Virus record (IMG/VR): IMGVR_UViG_3300035670_000104
Strand: one strand, 5' to 3'
DNA: 64,000 nucleotides
DNA from: an uncultured virus (IMG/VR IMGVR_UViG_3300035670_000104)
Taxonomy: Duplodnaviria; Heunggongvirae; Uroviricota; Caudoviricetes
This document shows positions 28,235 through 37,950 of the stretch, one piece after another (positions within the stretch are counted from its first letter, which is position 1; each line of letters opens with the position of its first letter). Position numbers and translations under genes: made by a program. The notes below the pieces were generated by a model. The model did not search any database. It saw nothing but the letters and a program-made list of their open reading frames with translations, and had not been told where the DNA came from.

Positions 28235-30328
28235 TCAATGGGTTTCCTTCCAGTTGTGTCCAATCTTAGCTTCACCAGCTAAGGGAACCTTGATCTTCAG
28301 AAACTCTCCTGCCTTCGCAATAGCTTTGACAATCATATCACCAATCTCTTCAGCAATAGGCTCCTCGGCCTCAAATTCTGCCTCATCGTGCATGTATCCG
28401 ATTCGACGCACTTTATGCCCCTTATAGAGATAGTAAGGCTTGCGATCTTCCCAATGAATTTCACCAAGCCAGTGATCCATGAAGCATAGAGCATAGTCCA
28501 TTGCAATACCACCACAAGATTGAAAGATTGTATTCAATAGTGCAGATTTCTTACGAGTGCAGAGCATTCGACCATCAATGGCAGGAAGATACTTCTCTTT
28601 GCCAACCTGTTTCCAATATTTCTCAAGATTGTCCTTCAGTTGCTTTGTTGCAGGATTGGCAGCCCAAAACTTCTCAGAGATTTCCTTACCCCTGTGCTCT
28701 GGCAAGCCCGCTGTCGCAGCAATTTTGGCATCCCCCGCCCCATACAATCCGGCATAGAATACGTTCTTACTACGATCACGGAATGGCTTAAAGAAAGGGT
28801 CATCCTTGTTGAAATTAGGTGCAGTAATGTCAATATGGGCAAGTTCATCTTCATAAACTGATTTAGCTGTCTTACTGTGAATATCTCCTTCAAGCAAGTC
28901 TCGTGCTGTAGCTCCGCCATCGTATTTCCAAGTGTAATGCCCTTGGACTCGCCCTTCGAGGGCTGCCGCATCCGCCGCCGCAATCAGAAACCCATCTTCA
29001 CTTGTCCACAGAGAACGAAACTCATGACCAAGCAAAACCTTCTCTGATGCCTTGGGCACATTTACAACAACCGAGTGCTTCTGTCTGTGTGTCGCGGCAA
29101 TACCTGTTCGACTAGCCCCAATACGGCCATCCATGCGTAGTCGCGGATTGTCTAGCCACCCTTGAAGAACACTACGACGATTACGGAGTGACAACCACTT
29201 GACAACATCACCAACAATCCCTGTTTCCATTGCAAGCAGATTTTTACAAATCTTCCCCTGTTCCTGAATCTTAGGACTAGATTTAATCAGTTCCCTTGTC
29301 TTTGGATCACGCATTGGTTTCCCGTCTGGACCCTTCTTATAATTCCAAAGCGTAGGTTTCCATCCCTGTTCTAAGAACCAGTCCTTCATTTGATCTTGAT
29401 TTGCCATTTCCATTGGTAATTCAATATCTAGTTGTTTTCCAGATTCGGGCTTGTACAATTTTCCATAGAACTCCCACTCTTCACCCACTTCTTTGCCACC
29501 ATGTTTTGCAACAAATTTTTCCCATGTAGAAGAGAAAGAGCCGTCCTTCTTAAAAGGCTTTGATGGCATAGTATAGTCCTTTTCCTCTGTTTTCTTCAGA
29601 GCACGAGGCGGAAGCTTGGGTTCCACTTCAGCACGAATCTCTTCCATCATGCCGTCAATACGTACTGCAAGTTTCTTTGCTTCTTCTTGGTCAAACTTCC
29701 ATCCTGCTAATTCTTGGCAAGACATAAGATAAAAGGATTTCTGACCGCACTTGAAAGCTTGGGTATGTGTGAATGAGGTTCCGTAGATAGATTCCCATTC
29801 CTTTTTCAAACCATCAAGCACAAGAATGTTAACATCAACGTCGCGAGCACAATAAACGTCCATTTCAGGATGCCACTGCATAAACTCTGCGCCCTTTGGG
29901 CTTGAATGTTCAATCAGCCCAAGTTCAATAGCTTTTTCACGCCAGTTGATCTTCTCCAACCCTAGCTTATCACCAAACCACTCAATACTGTGCCCAGCAC
30001 GATCAGGATTCAGGTACATTGAAAGATAGAATGTGTCAACCCACTTAACAGGCTTGCCTTCAATTGTATCTGGGCCAACTGTTGAGTTAATTCCTAAGAG
30101 ATTACGGATAACAAAGTTATCAAAGCCCAAAATAAAGTGCCCTGCAATCGTAGGACATTCACCAAAAGAGAAGATAAAATCAATTACTTTCTTCTTTGCA
30201 TACATGTCTTTGAATGGATTAACTCTAAGACTTTGACCTGTTTGCTTATGTTTCAAGACAATTGTCCAAATCTTAGTAGATTCAAAAATAAATCCATCAC
30301 TCTCAATGTCGTAGACAATCTCATTCAT
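28235..30328 (-). CDS. DNA polymerase, family A, with 3'-5' exonuclease
   Basis: YDIE exo motif, DAAALEGR (A), RDRSKNVFYAGLYG (B; Tyr at 762-equivalent), MHDE (C). Confidence 0.95.
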   Translation of the reverse strand: MNEIVYDIESDGFIFESTKIWTIVLKHKQTGQSLRVNPFKDMYAKKKVIDFIFSFGECPTIAGHFILGFDNFVIRNLLGINSTVGPDTIEGKPVKWVDTFYLSMYLNPDRAGHSIEWFGDKLGLEKINWREKAIELGLIEHSSPKGAEFMQWHPEMDVYCARDVDVNILVLDGLKKEWESIYGTSFTHTQAFKCGQKSFYLMSCQELAGWKFDQEEAKKLAVRIDGMMEEIRAEVEPKLPPRALKKTEEKDYTMPSKPFKKDGSFSSTWEKFVAKHGGKEVGEEWEFYGKLYKPESGKQLDIELPMEMANQDQMKDWFLEQGWKPTLWNYKKGPDGKPMRDPKTRELIKSSPKIQEQGKICKNLLAMETGIVGDVVKWLSLRNRRSVLQGWLDNPRLRMDGRIGASRTGIAATHRQKHSVVVNVPKASEKVLLGHEFRSLWTSEDGFLIAAADAAALEGRVQGHYTWKYDGGATARDLLEGDIHSKTAKSVYEDELAHIDITAPNFNKDDPFFKPFRDRSKNVFYAGLYGAGDAKIAATAGLPEHRGKEISEKFWAANPATKQLKDNLEKYWKQVGKEKYLPAIDGRMLCTRKKSALLNTIFQSCGGIAMDYALCFMDHWLGEIHWEDRKPYYLYKGHKVRRIGYMHDEAEFEAEEPIAEEIGDMIVKAIAKAGEFLKIKVPLAGEAKIGHNWKETH

Positions 30329-30329
30329 C

Positions 30330-31124
30330 TTATTTTCCTTTCTTACCTCGGACATAGCCTTGAGAATCTACCCACTCCAAAGTTTTCAAAACATTTTCGT
30401 GAGCAGTGTCTTCATTATCGAAGTATCCTACACACTTTTGTTTAATTGGTGAACAACTCGTTAGTCTATAGTTGACATATGCTCTCCACTTATTTTTAGA
30501 ATTGCTCCAGCAGACTCCATAGTATTTAGAAGTTTTTCCAGAGTAGAATCTTTTCCCATTCGGAGTAGTTCCATCCAATTCTAAGAAATGTTCCACAATT
30601 TCATCATCTGTATGTGTTGATTTCATGGCTACAGCCTCTTCATATCTCTTTTTCGCTTTATCTATTTCATGTAGTCCAAATATTCCAACACATGTTCCAA
30701 CATTGTTAATGGAGATTATACTTCTCAGTGTCTCACCATCCTGTGCAACTCCGATTACACCCGTACCTCTTTTAATTGCTAATGTCAAGTTATTTTGCTG
30801 TTCTCTTTTTGTTGCCCACCGGCAATTCTCTTTTGAATACCCCAAATCATTGTCAATCCTGTCAATTGTCATCCCATCTGGACGTGGAAACATATCTTGC
30901 AAGAAGTTTTTAAAACCTGACGCACTATCCCATCTCCATTCAAAACAAACAGTGATACCCGAGCCTCCATAATGATTATATGCCTTGTGCCTGTCATCAT
31001 AGCACCTAACATTCATCATTCTCCAAGTCATGAACAACTCGTGAGAATTATAACTCTCTACACCAACCTGCCTTGTATACGCTATCTCACCAGAAAATTT
31101 TCTCTTGTATCCCATTATGACCAT
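30330..31124 (-). CDS. HNH homing endonuclease with AP2-like domains
   Basis: YGGSGITVC, IDRIDN..ENCRW; SKYYGVCW. Confidence 0.88.
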   Translation of the reverse strand: MVIMGYKRKFSGEIAYTRQVGVESYNSHELFMTWRMMNVRCYDDRHKAYNHYGGSGITVCFEWRWDSASGFKNFLQDMFPRPDGMTIDRIDNDLGYSKENCRWATKREQQNNLTLAIKRGTGVIGVAQDGETLRSIISINNVGTCVGIFGLHEIDKAKKRYEEAVAMKSTHTDDEIVEHFLELDGTTPNGKRFYSGKTSKYYGVCWSNSKNKWRAYVNYRLTSCSPIKQKCVGYFDNEDTAHENVLKTLEWVDSQGYVRGKKGK

Positions 31125-31135
31125 CTCCTTTAAAC

Positions 31136-31168
31136 AAAAATAGGGAAACCCTTTCGGAATTTCCCTAT
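31136..31168 (-). terminator. terminator between helicase and HNH gene
   Basis: ATAGGGAAA/TTTCCCTAT stem + T-run on - strand; TGGTATAAT abuts it upstream. Confidence 0.65.
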
Positions 31169-31189
31169 TATACCATAACTTAAGCTGTT

Positions 31190-33838
31190 TTAAAAGTAGT
31201 CTGCCGGTGCAGGCTCAAGCTGCCCTGTTTCCTCATTCAGCTTAACAACGTCTGCATGACCAAGCTGGCCCCAAGGTCGGTTCTTCAACACTGTCAGACG
31301 CAAACGTCCTCGTGAACGATCCGGCATGATTTCTGGCTCAAGACCTAGAATAACCCAACTAAGCTGTTCCAAGCTGGCGGAACCACGTAGGCTTTCCTTT
31401 TTTACATTGATAAAGAAAGGCTCGTCTTCCTTGCCCTTCGGAGGCTTGAACTCCTCTGCAACACCACGATTCAAGTGAGACACAGCAATGATGCCAACAT
31501 CATGACTAGCAACAAAAGCAGCAAGCTCTGTCATCACCATATCAAGCATTTTTCGTTCGTCTGTTGTAGCAATACCACTAACAAGCATAGACAAGTGATC
31601 CAGAACGATGTAGTTCACATCAAACACGGACATTAGGTACTTGATCTTGTTCATTAGCTGCTCAATCAGCATACTGCCGAAGTGGTCTAGGAAAACAAAC
31701 CCATCATCTTCCTTTACCCACTTAAACGCTTCTTGAAGTTCTTCCTCCGAAACATACTTGCGAGGGTCAAACTTCATTCGGTTATAGTTTACTTGGCATT
31801 TGTGAGCAATCATGCGCAGGACAGTTTCTTTCAACTCTTCCTCCAGAAAGATCATACCAACCTTATATCCTGCAAGACGGATTTCGGCTGCAACCGTGGA
31901 ACACAAGGTAGAGTTGTGAGTAATTTGACCGTCAGGAAGGCAGTACAAATGATCTCCATCTACCTCAAAACCGTAGTAGCGTCCGACGCCGACTTCCTCC
32001 ACCTTCAAGCCAGTACGAAGCGGGTTCTTGTTAGGATTACGAACAGACTTTTTACGCAACAAACGATTTGGAATGCGATTTGTAAGCCCAGAAATAATAA
32101 TCCGTGAATACATCTCTCCTGCGAAGCCGGGGCACTTACAGAACTTGTCCTTAACGGTTACAACCAACCCAAGTGTGCGGGCAAGTTTGACAACATCTAA
32201 CGCAAGCTGATTCTTTTTCATAATCAGTTCATAAACCCCATTTGTGTAGTAGCCATCTCCGTCCAAGATTCCTGCAAGAACATCTAACCGTGTACTCTGG
32301 TTTCCTAGCAACAGCTTTTCAGGGATATGTTTAAACCCTTCAAGTGCGTTAGACCGGAGCTTATTGATAAAACCACCACTCACGCGGCAGGTTACACTGT
32401 TTTCGCGGTCATTTGTAGGAGAGACAACCAGATTGTAGCCATTCTCTTCTGCATACTTCTTTAATTCCTCATGCAACTCCTTGTCGTGGCGATTTAGAGT
32501 AAAGCCAGTCCCGTTTGTCTCGCCTTCAGCCAACCACAAACCAAGGATATAAGCATCTTTATCCGCAGTGCCCTCACCACCCAGATTCACCATATCTGCA
32601 TACTTACCTGAAAGTACATGTTCTTTATAGTAATTAGGCAACCCGATGAAGTCCTTGACGGACACCAAGAACGAGTGGTTCTTTACCATACCTCTCGACA
32701 CAACATCTGTATTACTTTCTGTATACAAGATGTGCTCACTATTTACTGTGTAACTTTGACCCTTGTTTGGTGTGACTTTGTAAATCATATCCACACCGGA
32801 GTGTAAAGCTTTAACAATACGTGCAGAACCATCGGAACCCATAACTTTGTCTCCAATACGGATATCCTCTACTTTCTTAACTGAAAGATCATGCATCAAG
32901 ATTTCTTGACCCTCACCATGGCACTTGCCATACCCGGAAGGGCCAGTTACCACCCAAAGCTCACGCATACGGGGGCCGCCAGTCATTTCCATCAGCTCTG
33001 GGAACTGCGGGATGTTGACTCCAGGGACACGAGGCTTGATAAGCTCCTCAAAAGAGAGGCTATCGGCTGTCACTACTTTGTCTGCTGTGAACTTCTTTGT
33101 TGCAAAACTCAAAGCATTAGCTAGTTCCTTATATTTGCCAGCTTTTACATAGTCGTTAGGGTCATGGAAGTCTTTGTATTCCGCAACCATAACCTGTGAC
33201 TTTGTGATTAGTAGGCCAACATCTTCTGTAGCTTCCTTGCCCTTCTTGATTTTCTTTGCAGCCTCCTCTGGTGTGGCTTCATCGTTGTCAAAACCAAGTA
33301 CATTGACTTCAAATGATTCTACAAAGTCTAGGTTTACAGACACTGCGGCCTTGGCATTCCCCGTCCCGCAAGAGAGTCCAACAACAAAAGGCTCCATTCC
33401 TGCATATTTTGTACCTTCCAATGTATCAACACACGCTTGGTAGGAACTTAACACGTCCCATTCTCCTTCGACAAGGAAAAGCTTTTTCTTAGGACGTTTA
33501 ATACTCTCCGCTACCTGTTGTCCGAACAGCTTGTTTTGGATACCAACTTTTCCTACGACAGTAAAATGGCCTGTGTCATACTTGTCCAGAGTTAGGTCAC
33601 GCTTTTTGTAACCTGTTAGCTTCCCATCTTCATTATAGTAAGGAAAGTAAATAGCCTCTACAGAACGGTCTGTTGTTGAGAGTGCCATGCGGACACCAAA
33701 CTTCTCGTAAACCTCTTTACGAATACCTCGTTCGGGGTAGTCTGCAAAAGGAAGTTTACTAACTTCTGCCACTGTCTCTTTTTCTGCCATTTTTGTGTAA
33801 TTCCCCTTCTTCATTCCACGTTTAAATTCATAACTCAT
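31190..33838 (-). CDS. T7 gp4-like primase-helicase containing an intein
   Basis: TOPRIM VEGEWD and FDND; Walker A GPSGYGK|ST; VLDHL, VSHL, LRGS, KNR. Confidence 0.93.
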   Translation of the reverse strand: MSYEFKRGMKKGNYTKMAEKETVAEVSKLPFADYPERGIRKEVYEKFGVRMALSTTDRSVEAIYFPYYNEDGKLTGYKKRDLTLDKYDTGHFTVVGKVGIQNKLFGQQVAESIKRPKKKLFLVEGEWDVLSSYQACVDTLEGTKYAGMEPFVVGLSCGTGNAKAAVSVNLDFVESFEVNVLGFDNDEATPEEAAKKIKKGKEATEDVGLLITKSQVMVAEYKDFHDPNDYVKAGKYKELANALSFATKKFTADKVVTADSLSFEELIKPRVPGVNIPQFPELMEMTGGPRMRELWVVTGPSGYGKCHGEGQEILMHDLSVKKVEDIRIGDKVMGSDGSARIVKALHSGVDMIYKVTPNKGQSYTVNSEHILYTESNTDVVSRGMVKNHSFLVSVKDFIGLPNYYKEHVLSGKYADMVNLGGEGTADKDAYILGLWLAEGETNGTGFTLNRHDKELHEELKKYAEENGYNLVVSPTNDRENSVTCRVSGGFINKLRSNALEGFKHIPEKLLLGNQSTRLDVLAGILDGDGYYTNGVYELIMKKNQLALDVVKLARTLGLVVTVKDKFCKCPGFAGEMYSRIIISGLTNRIPNRLLRKKSVRNPNKNPLRTGLKVEEVGVGRYYGFEVDGDHLYCLPDGQITHNSTLCSTVAAEIRLAGYKVGMIFLEEELKETVLRMIAHKCQVNYNRMKFDPRKYVSEEELQEAFKWVKEDDGFVFLDHFGSMLIEQLMNKIKYLMSVFDVNYIVLDHLSMLVSGIATTDERKMLDMVMTELAAFVASHDVGIIAVSHLNRGVAEEFKPPKGKEDEPFFINVKKESLRGSASLEQLSWVILGLEPEIMPDRSRGRLRLTVLKNRPWGQLGHADVVKLNEETGQLEPAPADYF
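31913..32923 (-). mobile_element. intein (337 aa) with LAGLIDADG endonuclease
   Basis: Starts CHGEGQEILM, ends QITHN followed by Ser; LGLWLAEG and LAGILDGDG. Confidence 0.93.
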
Positions 33839-33937
33839 AAGTTCCTATCTATCTAAGGAGTGCTTCAGCACGACTACTCTGCTTTAGCAGAACCGCGTAA
33901 CAACTTTGCTTTCTTTAGAAATACTCAATGTCTCTCC

Positions 33938-34129
33938 TCAATCAATAAATAGTTGAAATCCCGCATCTAGTCCCAAATAATCATCTCTATAGGGCGAGTA
34001 TTTTATAGTAAAATTATTTTTAGATTTAGTCCAATACATCCCGTCATAACTGTTTTTATGAACGATATCAATATCCCCGTACTCTTCCTTAACTTTCTCA
34101 AGAAGCTCTTGCAATTCACTGATTTTCAT
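33938..34129 (-). CDS. hypothetical protein
   Basis: RBS; promoter upstream. Confidence 0.6.
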   Translation of the reverse strand: MKISELQELLEKVKEEYGDIDIVHKNSYDGMYWTKSKNNFTIKYSPYRDDYLGLDAGFQLFID

Positions 34130-34189
34130 ATTTCCCTTTCAAAGACAACAAGCCTCACCAGAGGCTGTTGCATTATACATAATTTCTGC

Positions 34190-35041
34190 TTAAGAAAACT
34201 TGACTTGTTCTCCGAGTTCATGGAAGCTGAAATAATCTTTGTGGAATATTTCTCCACTACGCATAGATACAGAATCTTCTGATTCTTTCTCCACATAGCC
34301 ATAACATGCTACCCGACCATACTCATTAATGACAATCACTTTATCATCAAACTTCAAAGTTGGAACAAAAGTCTTCTTAGGAGGCATTCTTTCTGCAATG
34401 ATTTTAGGCTCAGAGAAGAATAACGTACGATTAATTCCTCCATAAATAACACCAATTGTGTCGAAGTTAAGTGCATTATTGTTATTTCGGAAGCATACAT
34501 GAATTTTATTGTCTTCAATGGAAACACTACTCACAACACCATTCCCATAGGAACAATCCCATACTTCTTGCCCAGCTTGCCAGTGAATTTGACCATTTTC
34601 GTTGGAGGTTTCTTGAGAAGATTCTTCAATTTTTGCTAGATTGGCTAGTTCCAGCGGGTATGTCCAACAATTATCACCAAAGTCAATAACAAACCGATCT
34701 TCGGATACACGACAAACTGTTCCGTGTTCCCCGACAACATCATCCATTGACTCGGGGTATCCAATACCCGGATAGTCGTCCCCATCAAAAACAAAACCCT
34801 TAACCTCATCACCAACCTTTGGAATGTACTTTTCCATAACCTTCTCCTTTTCTACGTAGTGTTCAAAATGTGTCTTGTGGTAGTATCCTGGCAGTTCCTT
34901 GAGACTGACTACCCGGCTCCCAGGACCATAGCTCTCCTTTATTGTAAACACATCACCTTCCTTAGCGTCAATCATACCAGATTCCAAAGAAGACTTACAA
35001 AACACAACTTTGTCACCAGATTTAAACTTTGTATTGTTCAT
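34190..35041 (-). CDS. protein of tandem small beta-barrel-like modules
   Basis: Repeated FKSGDKV / PKVGDEV / WQAGQEV / LKFDDKV module starts. Confidence 0.6.
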   Translation of the reverse strand: MNNTKFKSGDKVVFCKSSLESGMIDAKEGDVFTIKESYGPGSRVVSLKELPGYYHKTHFEHYVEKEKVMEKYIPKVGDEVKGFVFDGDDYPGIGYPESMDDVVGEHGTVCRVSEDRFVIDFGDNCWTYPLELANLAKIEESSQETSNENGQIHWQAGQEVWDCSYGNGVVSSVSIEDNKIHVCFRNNNNALNFDTIGVIYGGINRTLFFSEPKIIAERMPPKKTFVPTLKFDDKVIVINEYGRVACYGYVEKESEDSVSMRSGEIFHKDYFSFHELGEQVKFS

Positions 35042-35050
35042 TCAATACCC

Positions 35051-36100
35051 TCAAGCTGTAACAACTTCAATACCCTTAATTTTCATAAGTTCCAAACCGT
35101 CTGTTTTTAGCTTAGAACCTCCAAGGATGGCGTTTCCACATGTAACTAGCCCATCTTCTTCGTCCATAGATGGGACAAACACCAACACGTCAAACCCGTT
35201 TTCTTTCAAAGACTCCTCTACGGGTGTGTAGGGTGCATAGCTCACGTAACCACTCTCTGTCTCGATTCCGTTTTCACGGCAAGCCGTGTTATTGTGAATT
35301 GGTGTAATTTTACACATAAACTTCTCTTTGTCAAAAAGATTTGCAACCTTCTTTCCATCAATCTCAAAGTCCGTAGAGTAGGCAAAATTTAGACAATATT
35401 TTCGACTAACAGGATCGGGAAACTTCTCAGCAATCTTAGCAAACTCTTCGAGTGTTAGTGACATCCCTTTATACATCTGCTGACGTTGAACCTCATTAGT
35501 CGAATTGATGCTGAATTGCAATCCGGCTTGTCCGTTGTACAAGTTGTTTTTAATATCAATCCAACGCTGCAGGCGGTCTTCCAAGCTTTTCAAACTACGG
35601 GGTAGAGATGTTGTCAAGACTGGATGAATAACTTCAATAGACAACCCTGTATCAGTCTTGATCTGACGTTTATTGTTATACAGCCACACACTAAATTCAA
35701 ATACAGCATTATTAAAGATAGGCTCGCCCATCCGTGCAAAATGAATATTCATCCGTTCTGTATAAGTTTGCCCCTCGAACATACCAATTGCGTTATAAAA
35801 CTGGTCTTTCAAATCTTGAAAAGATACATTACCTTTCCATTCTACATTAGGAACATCACAGAACGTACAGTCCATGATACAACCATATTGGGTAGAAAGC
35901 GTAATAACCCACTTTTCAGATAGCGGCATACAGTTTGTATTAGGTACTCCATTGAGTGGTTTAGTATACCCCAGAAAATCTGCCTTTACGTTAACATGCT
36001 TACCGTAGTCACCAATAGACAATGTTTCCAAGCCACCCTTGGAATAGTTACCTGTAAACAGATAGCCGGTTGGTAAAGGAAAAATCTTATCTACGCTCAT
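35051..36100 (-). CDS. RlmN/Cfr-like radical SAM protein
   Basis: STQYGCIMDCTFC (CxxxCxxC), RMGEP, LQFSINST, C-terminal TCGN; AGGAG RBS before ATG 36100. Confidence 0.8.
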   Translation of the reverse strand: MSVDKIFPLPTGYLFTGNYSKGGLETLSIGDYGKHVNVKADFLGYTKPLNGVPNTNCMPLSEKWVITLSTQYGCIMDCTFCDVPNVEWKGNVSFQDLKDQFYNAIGMFEGQTYTERMNIHFARMGEPIFNNAVFEFSVWLYNNKRQIKTDTGLSIEVIHPVLTTSLPRSLKSLEDRLQRWIDIKNNLYNGQAGLQFSINSTNEVQRQQMYKGMSLTLEEFAKIAEKFPDPVSRKYCLNFAYSTDFEIDGKKVANLFDKEKFMCKITPIHNNTACRENGIETESGYVSYAPYTPVEESLKENGFDVLVFVPSMDEEDGLVTCGNAILGGSKLKTDGLELMKIKGIEVVTA

Positions 36101-36110
36101 TTTACTCTCC

Positions 36111-36812
36111 TTAAAGAAATTCAGCCATATCAAACAATCGCGGAACAAAACCTCCTTGGTATGTCCCAGGAATAGGAATCAACGTATCTCCTGCAATGTC
36201 AGCTCCCGGAAGTGAAGTGATGTTCTTGTACCAAGACTTCACGTACTTCTCTTCAATCGCGTCAAGGCGAATGATAACATGAAATCCTCCTCGTGTCTCA
36301 AGAATTTTTACAGCGTCTGGGTTGATGAAATTTCCAATCTGCTTCACAGTGGGTTCAATCTCAACGTTGTCAAAGTCTACATCAACAAACAGCTTTCGTC
36401 CAACGCTTTTGTGAATTGCTGTCAAGCTTTCTTGATAGACGTTAACATTCTGCTCCCCATCTGCAACAACGTCAGCAAGACGCTTTAGAAGCCACTTGGC
36501 AGCTTTTGTTTGACTACGAGGGTTGATTGTCATGTAAGCAGCTAGAGCTTGTTGTGGAACTTCTATGCCTTTTACAGCATAGTTTCCAATTTCTGTTTCA
36601 CATTGCTTTAGCTTCAATAGAAGGCGCTCACTCTTTGTTGTAAAACGAGCACACTGATGTTTGTCAGAATTGAATGTTCCAATTCCTAGCTCACGGATGT
36701 ACTTGTCTCGTGCAAGCAGAGTTACGTAGTGACATTCCTCTTTCTCAAGAGGAGGAAGCCATTGTAGGAATTTGTTGAATTCCTGTTCGTCTACAACTAG
36801 CTTGTAATTCAT
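36111..36812 (-). CDS. AEP (primase-polymerase superfamily)-like protein
   Basis: FVDVDFD and ETRGGFHV motifs. Confidence 0.55.
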   Translation of the reverse strand: MNYKLVVDEQEFNKFLQWLPPLEKEECHYVTLLARDKYIRELGIGTFNSDKHQCARFTTKSERLLLKLKQCETEIGNYAVKGIEVPQQALAAYMTINPRSQTKAAKWLLKRLADVVADGEQNVNVYQESLTAIHKSVGRKLFVDVDFDNVEIEPTVKQIGNFINPDAVKILETRGGFHVIIRLDAIEEKYVKSWYKNITSLPGADIAGDTLIPIPGTYQGGFVPRLFDMAEFL

Positions 36813-36815
36813 ACT

Positions 36816-36992
36816 TTAACCTTTCAAGAAATAATTGTGCAATCCTGCACCGATTCTTTGCTTCTCAATCTTACCTTCTTTAACCATCTTCTTCAAGAGC
36901 TTGACAGTTTTCTCATTGCGATAGGACAATGGGTTATCTGGAACACCCCCTTTAGAAGCAATCACAGCTAAAATTGTTTCTTGTTTAACCAT
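36816..36992 (-). CDS. small wHTH-like protein
   Basis: LLKKMVKEGKIEK; AGGAG RBS. Confidence 0.45.
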   Translation of the reverse strand: MVKQETILAVIASKGGVPDNPLSYRNEKTVKLLKKMVKEGKIEKQRIGAGLHNYFLKG

Positions 36993-36996
36993 TCTT

Positions 36997-37242
36997 TTAC
37001 TCCTTAAGGTCTTTATCGATCTTTGCAATCAGTTCTAGAATAACTGGACGAGTGTCTGTAAACCAATCGCTCTCACCACCATCTTCTTTGTTGGGTTGTT
37101 TTGCAAGCATGAATGCTGTATAGGCGACATCAATGATCCGAGGTGTCAGACGATTGTGTAAATCGTTCTGCAAAATATATGCAACAAGACCATCAAAAGA
37201 ACTCTTCCAAGCCAGAGGGACTTCAGTTTCTGTGTATAGCAC
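36997..37242 (-). CDS. hypothetical protein
   Basis: AGGAG RBS, GTG start; TTGACA..TGTACAAT promoter upstream. Confidence 0.6.
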   Translation of the reverse strand: MLYTETEVPLAWKSSFDGLVAYILQNDLHNRLTPRIIDVAYTAFMLAKQPNKEDGGESDWFTDTRPVILELIAKIDKDLKE

Positions 37243-37382
37243 TTCTTTCTCCTTTCAAATTATCAACAATACCTATTGTACACCACTCATTGCCTATCTG
37301 TCAACAACCTTCACATTAGAATTTCTTAATCAACATTAGAATTTATTAGGTACATAACTACGTAGGACAGTACGTAGTTCTA

Positions 37383-37410
37383 TTGACAAATGGAAAAACT
37401 GTGGTATACT
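37383..37410 (+). promoter_or_regulatory. strong sigma70-type promoter
   Basis: TTGACA-16 nt-TATACT with TG extension. Confidence 0.75.
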
Positions 37411-37416
37411 TATATC

Positions 37417-37760
37417 TATACATTGAACAAATGTAGCTCTTGTACTTCGGTGAAGATGTGTCTTAACAACATGCATCCGGACGGTCGGTACAAGTTCTAT
37501 GCCCAAGGCGCGGATGGGGCTAAGTGTGATAGCTTCTGTAGTACGATGTACATATAAGTCTACAGAAGTGTGTGGGGCTGACAGATTTAACCTGCACGAA
37601 GTATCGTTGTATTGTACCTGAAGATACAACTCTAGGCTAAACCTAGACAAATAACAGGCTCCGGGGGAATAGTTCTCTGGTGGGTTAGTTGCTTACAATA
37701 AATTTATACCATGAGAGTGGTAGGGTTTATTGTATCTTCAAAAACTCACCAAGGGAATAA
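37417..37760 (+). ncRNA. candidate structured non-coding RNA
   Basis: No credible ORF; multiple nested stems directly after the promoter. Confidence 0.5.
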
Positions 37761-37950
37761 TATACTAATAGATATAAGAATATTAATAGAGATAGACTAT
37801 AAAGATAGTACATTCTCTAACATACAATGTACCAAATAAACAACATCAAGGAAGAAAGAGCTAGAAGAACAAAGAATTCTTCAGTTCCTTCTTCCTTTTC
37901 TTGTTTTTGTGTGCTATGATACGTTTATCCACTAACTTAAAGGAGGTTGT

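Noticed and set aside
37574..37600. tmRNA-like 5' end GGGGCTGA
   Set aside because: No GAYTCGAC D-loop motif, T-arm/CCA end or tag ORF found.
37336..37650. 104-aa minus-strand ORF
   Set aside because: No RBS, atypical composition, and it runs over the promoter and hairpins.
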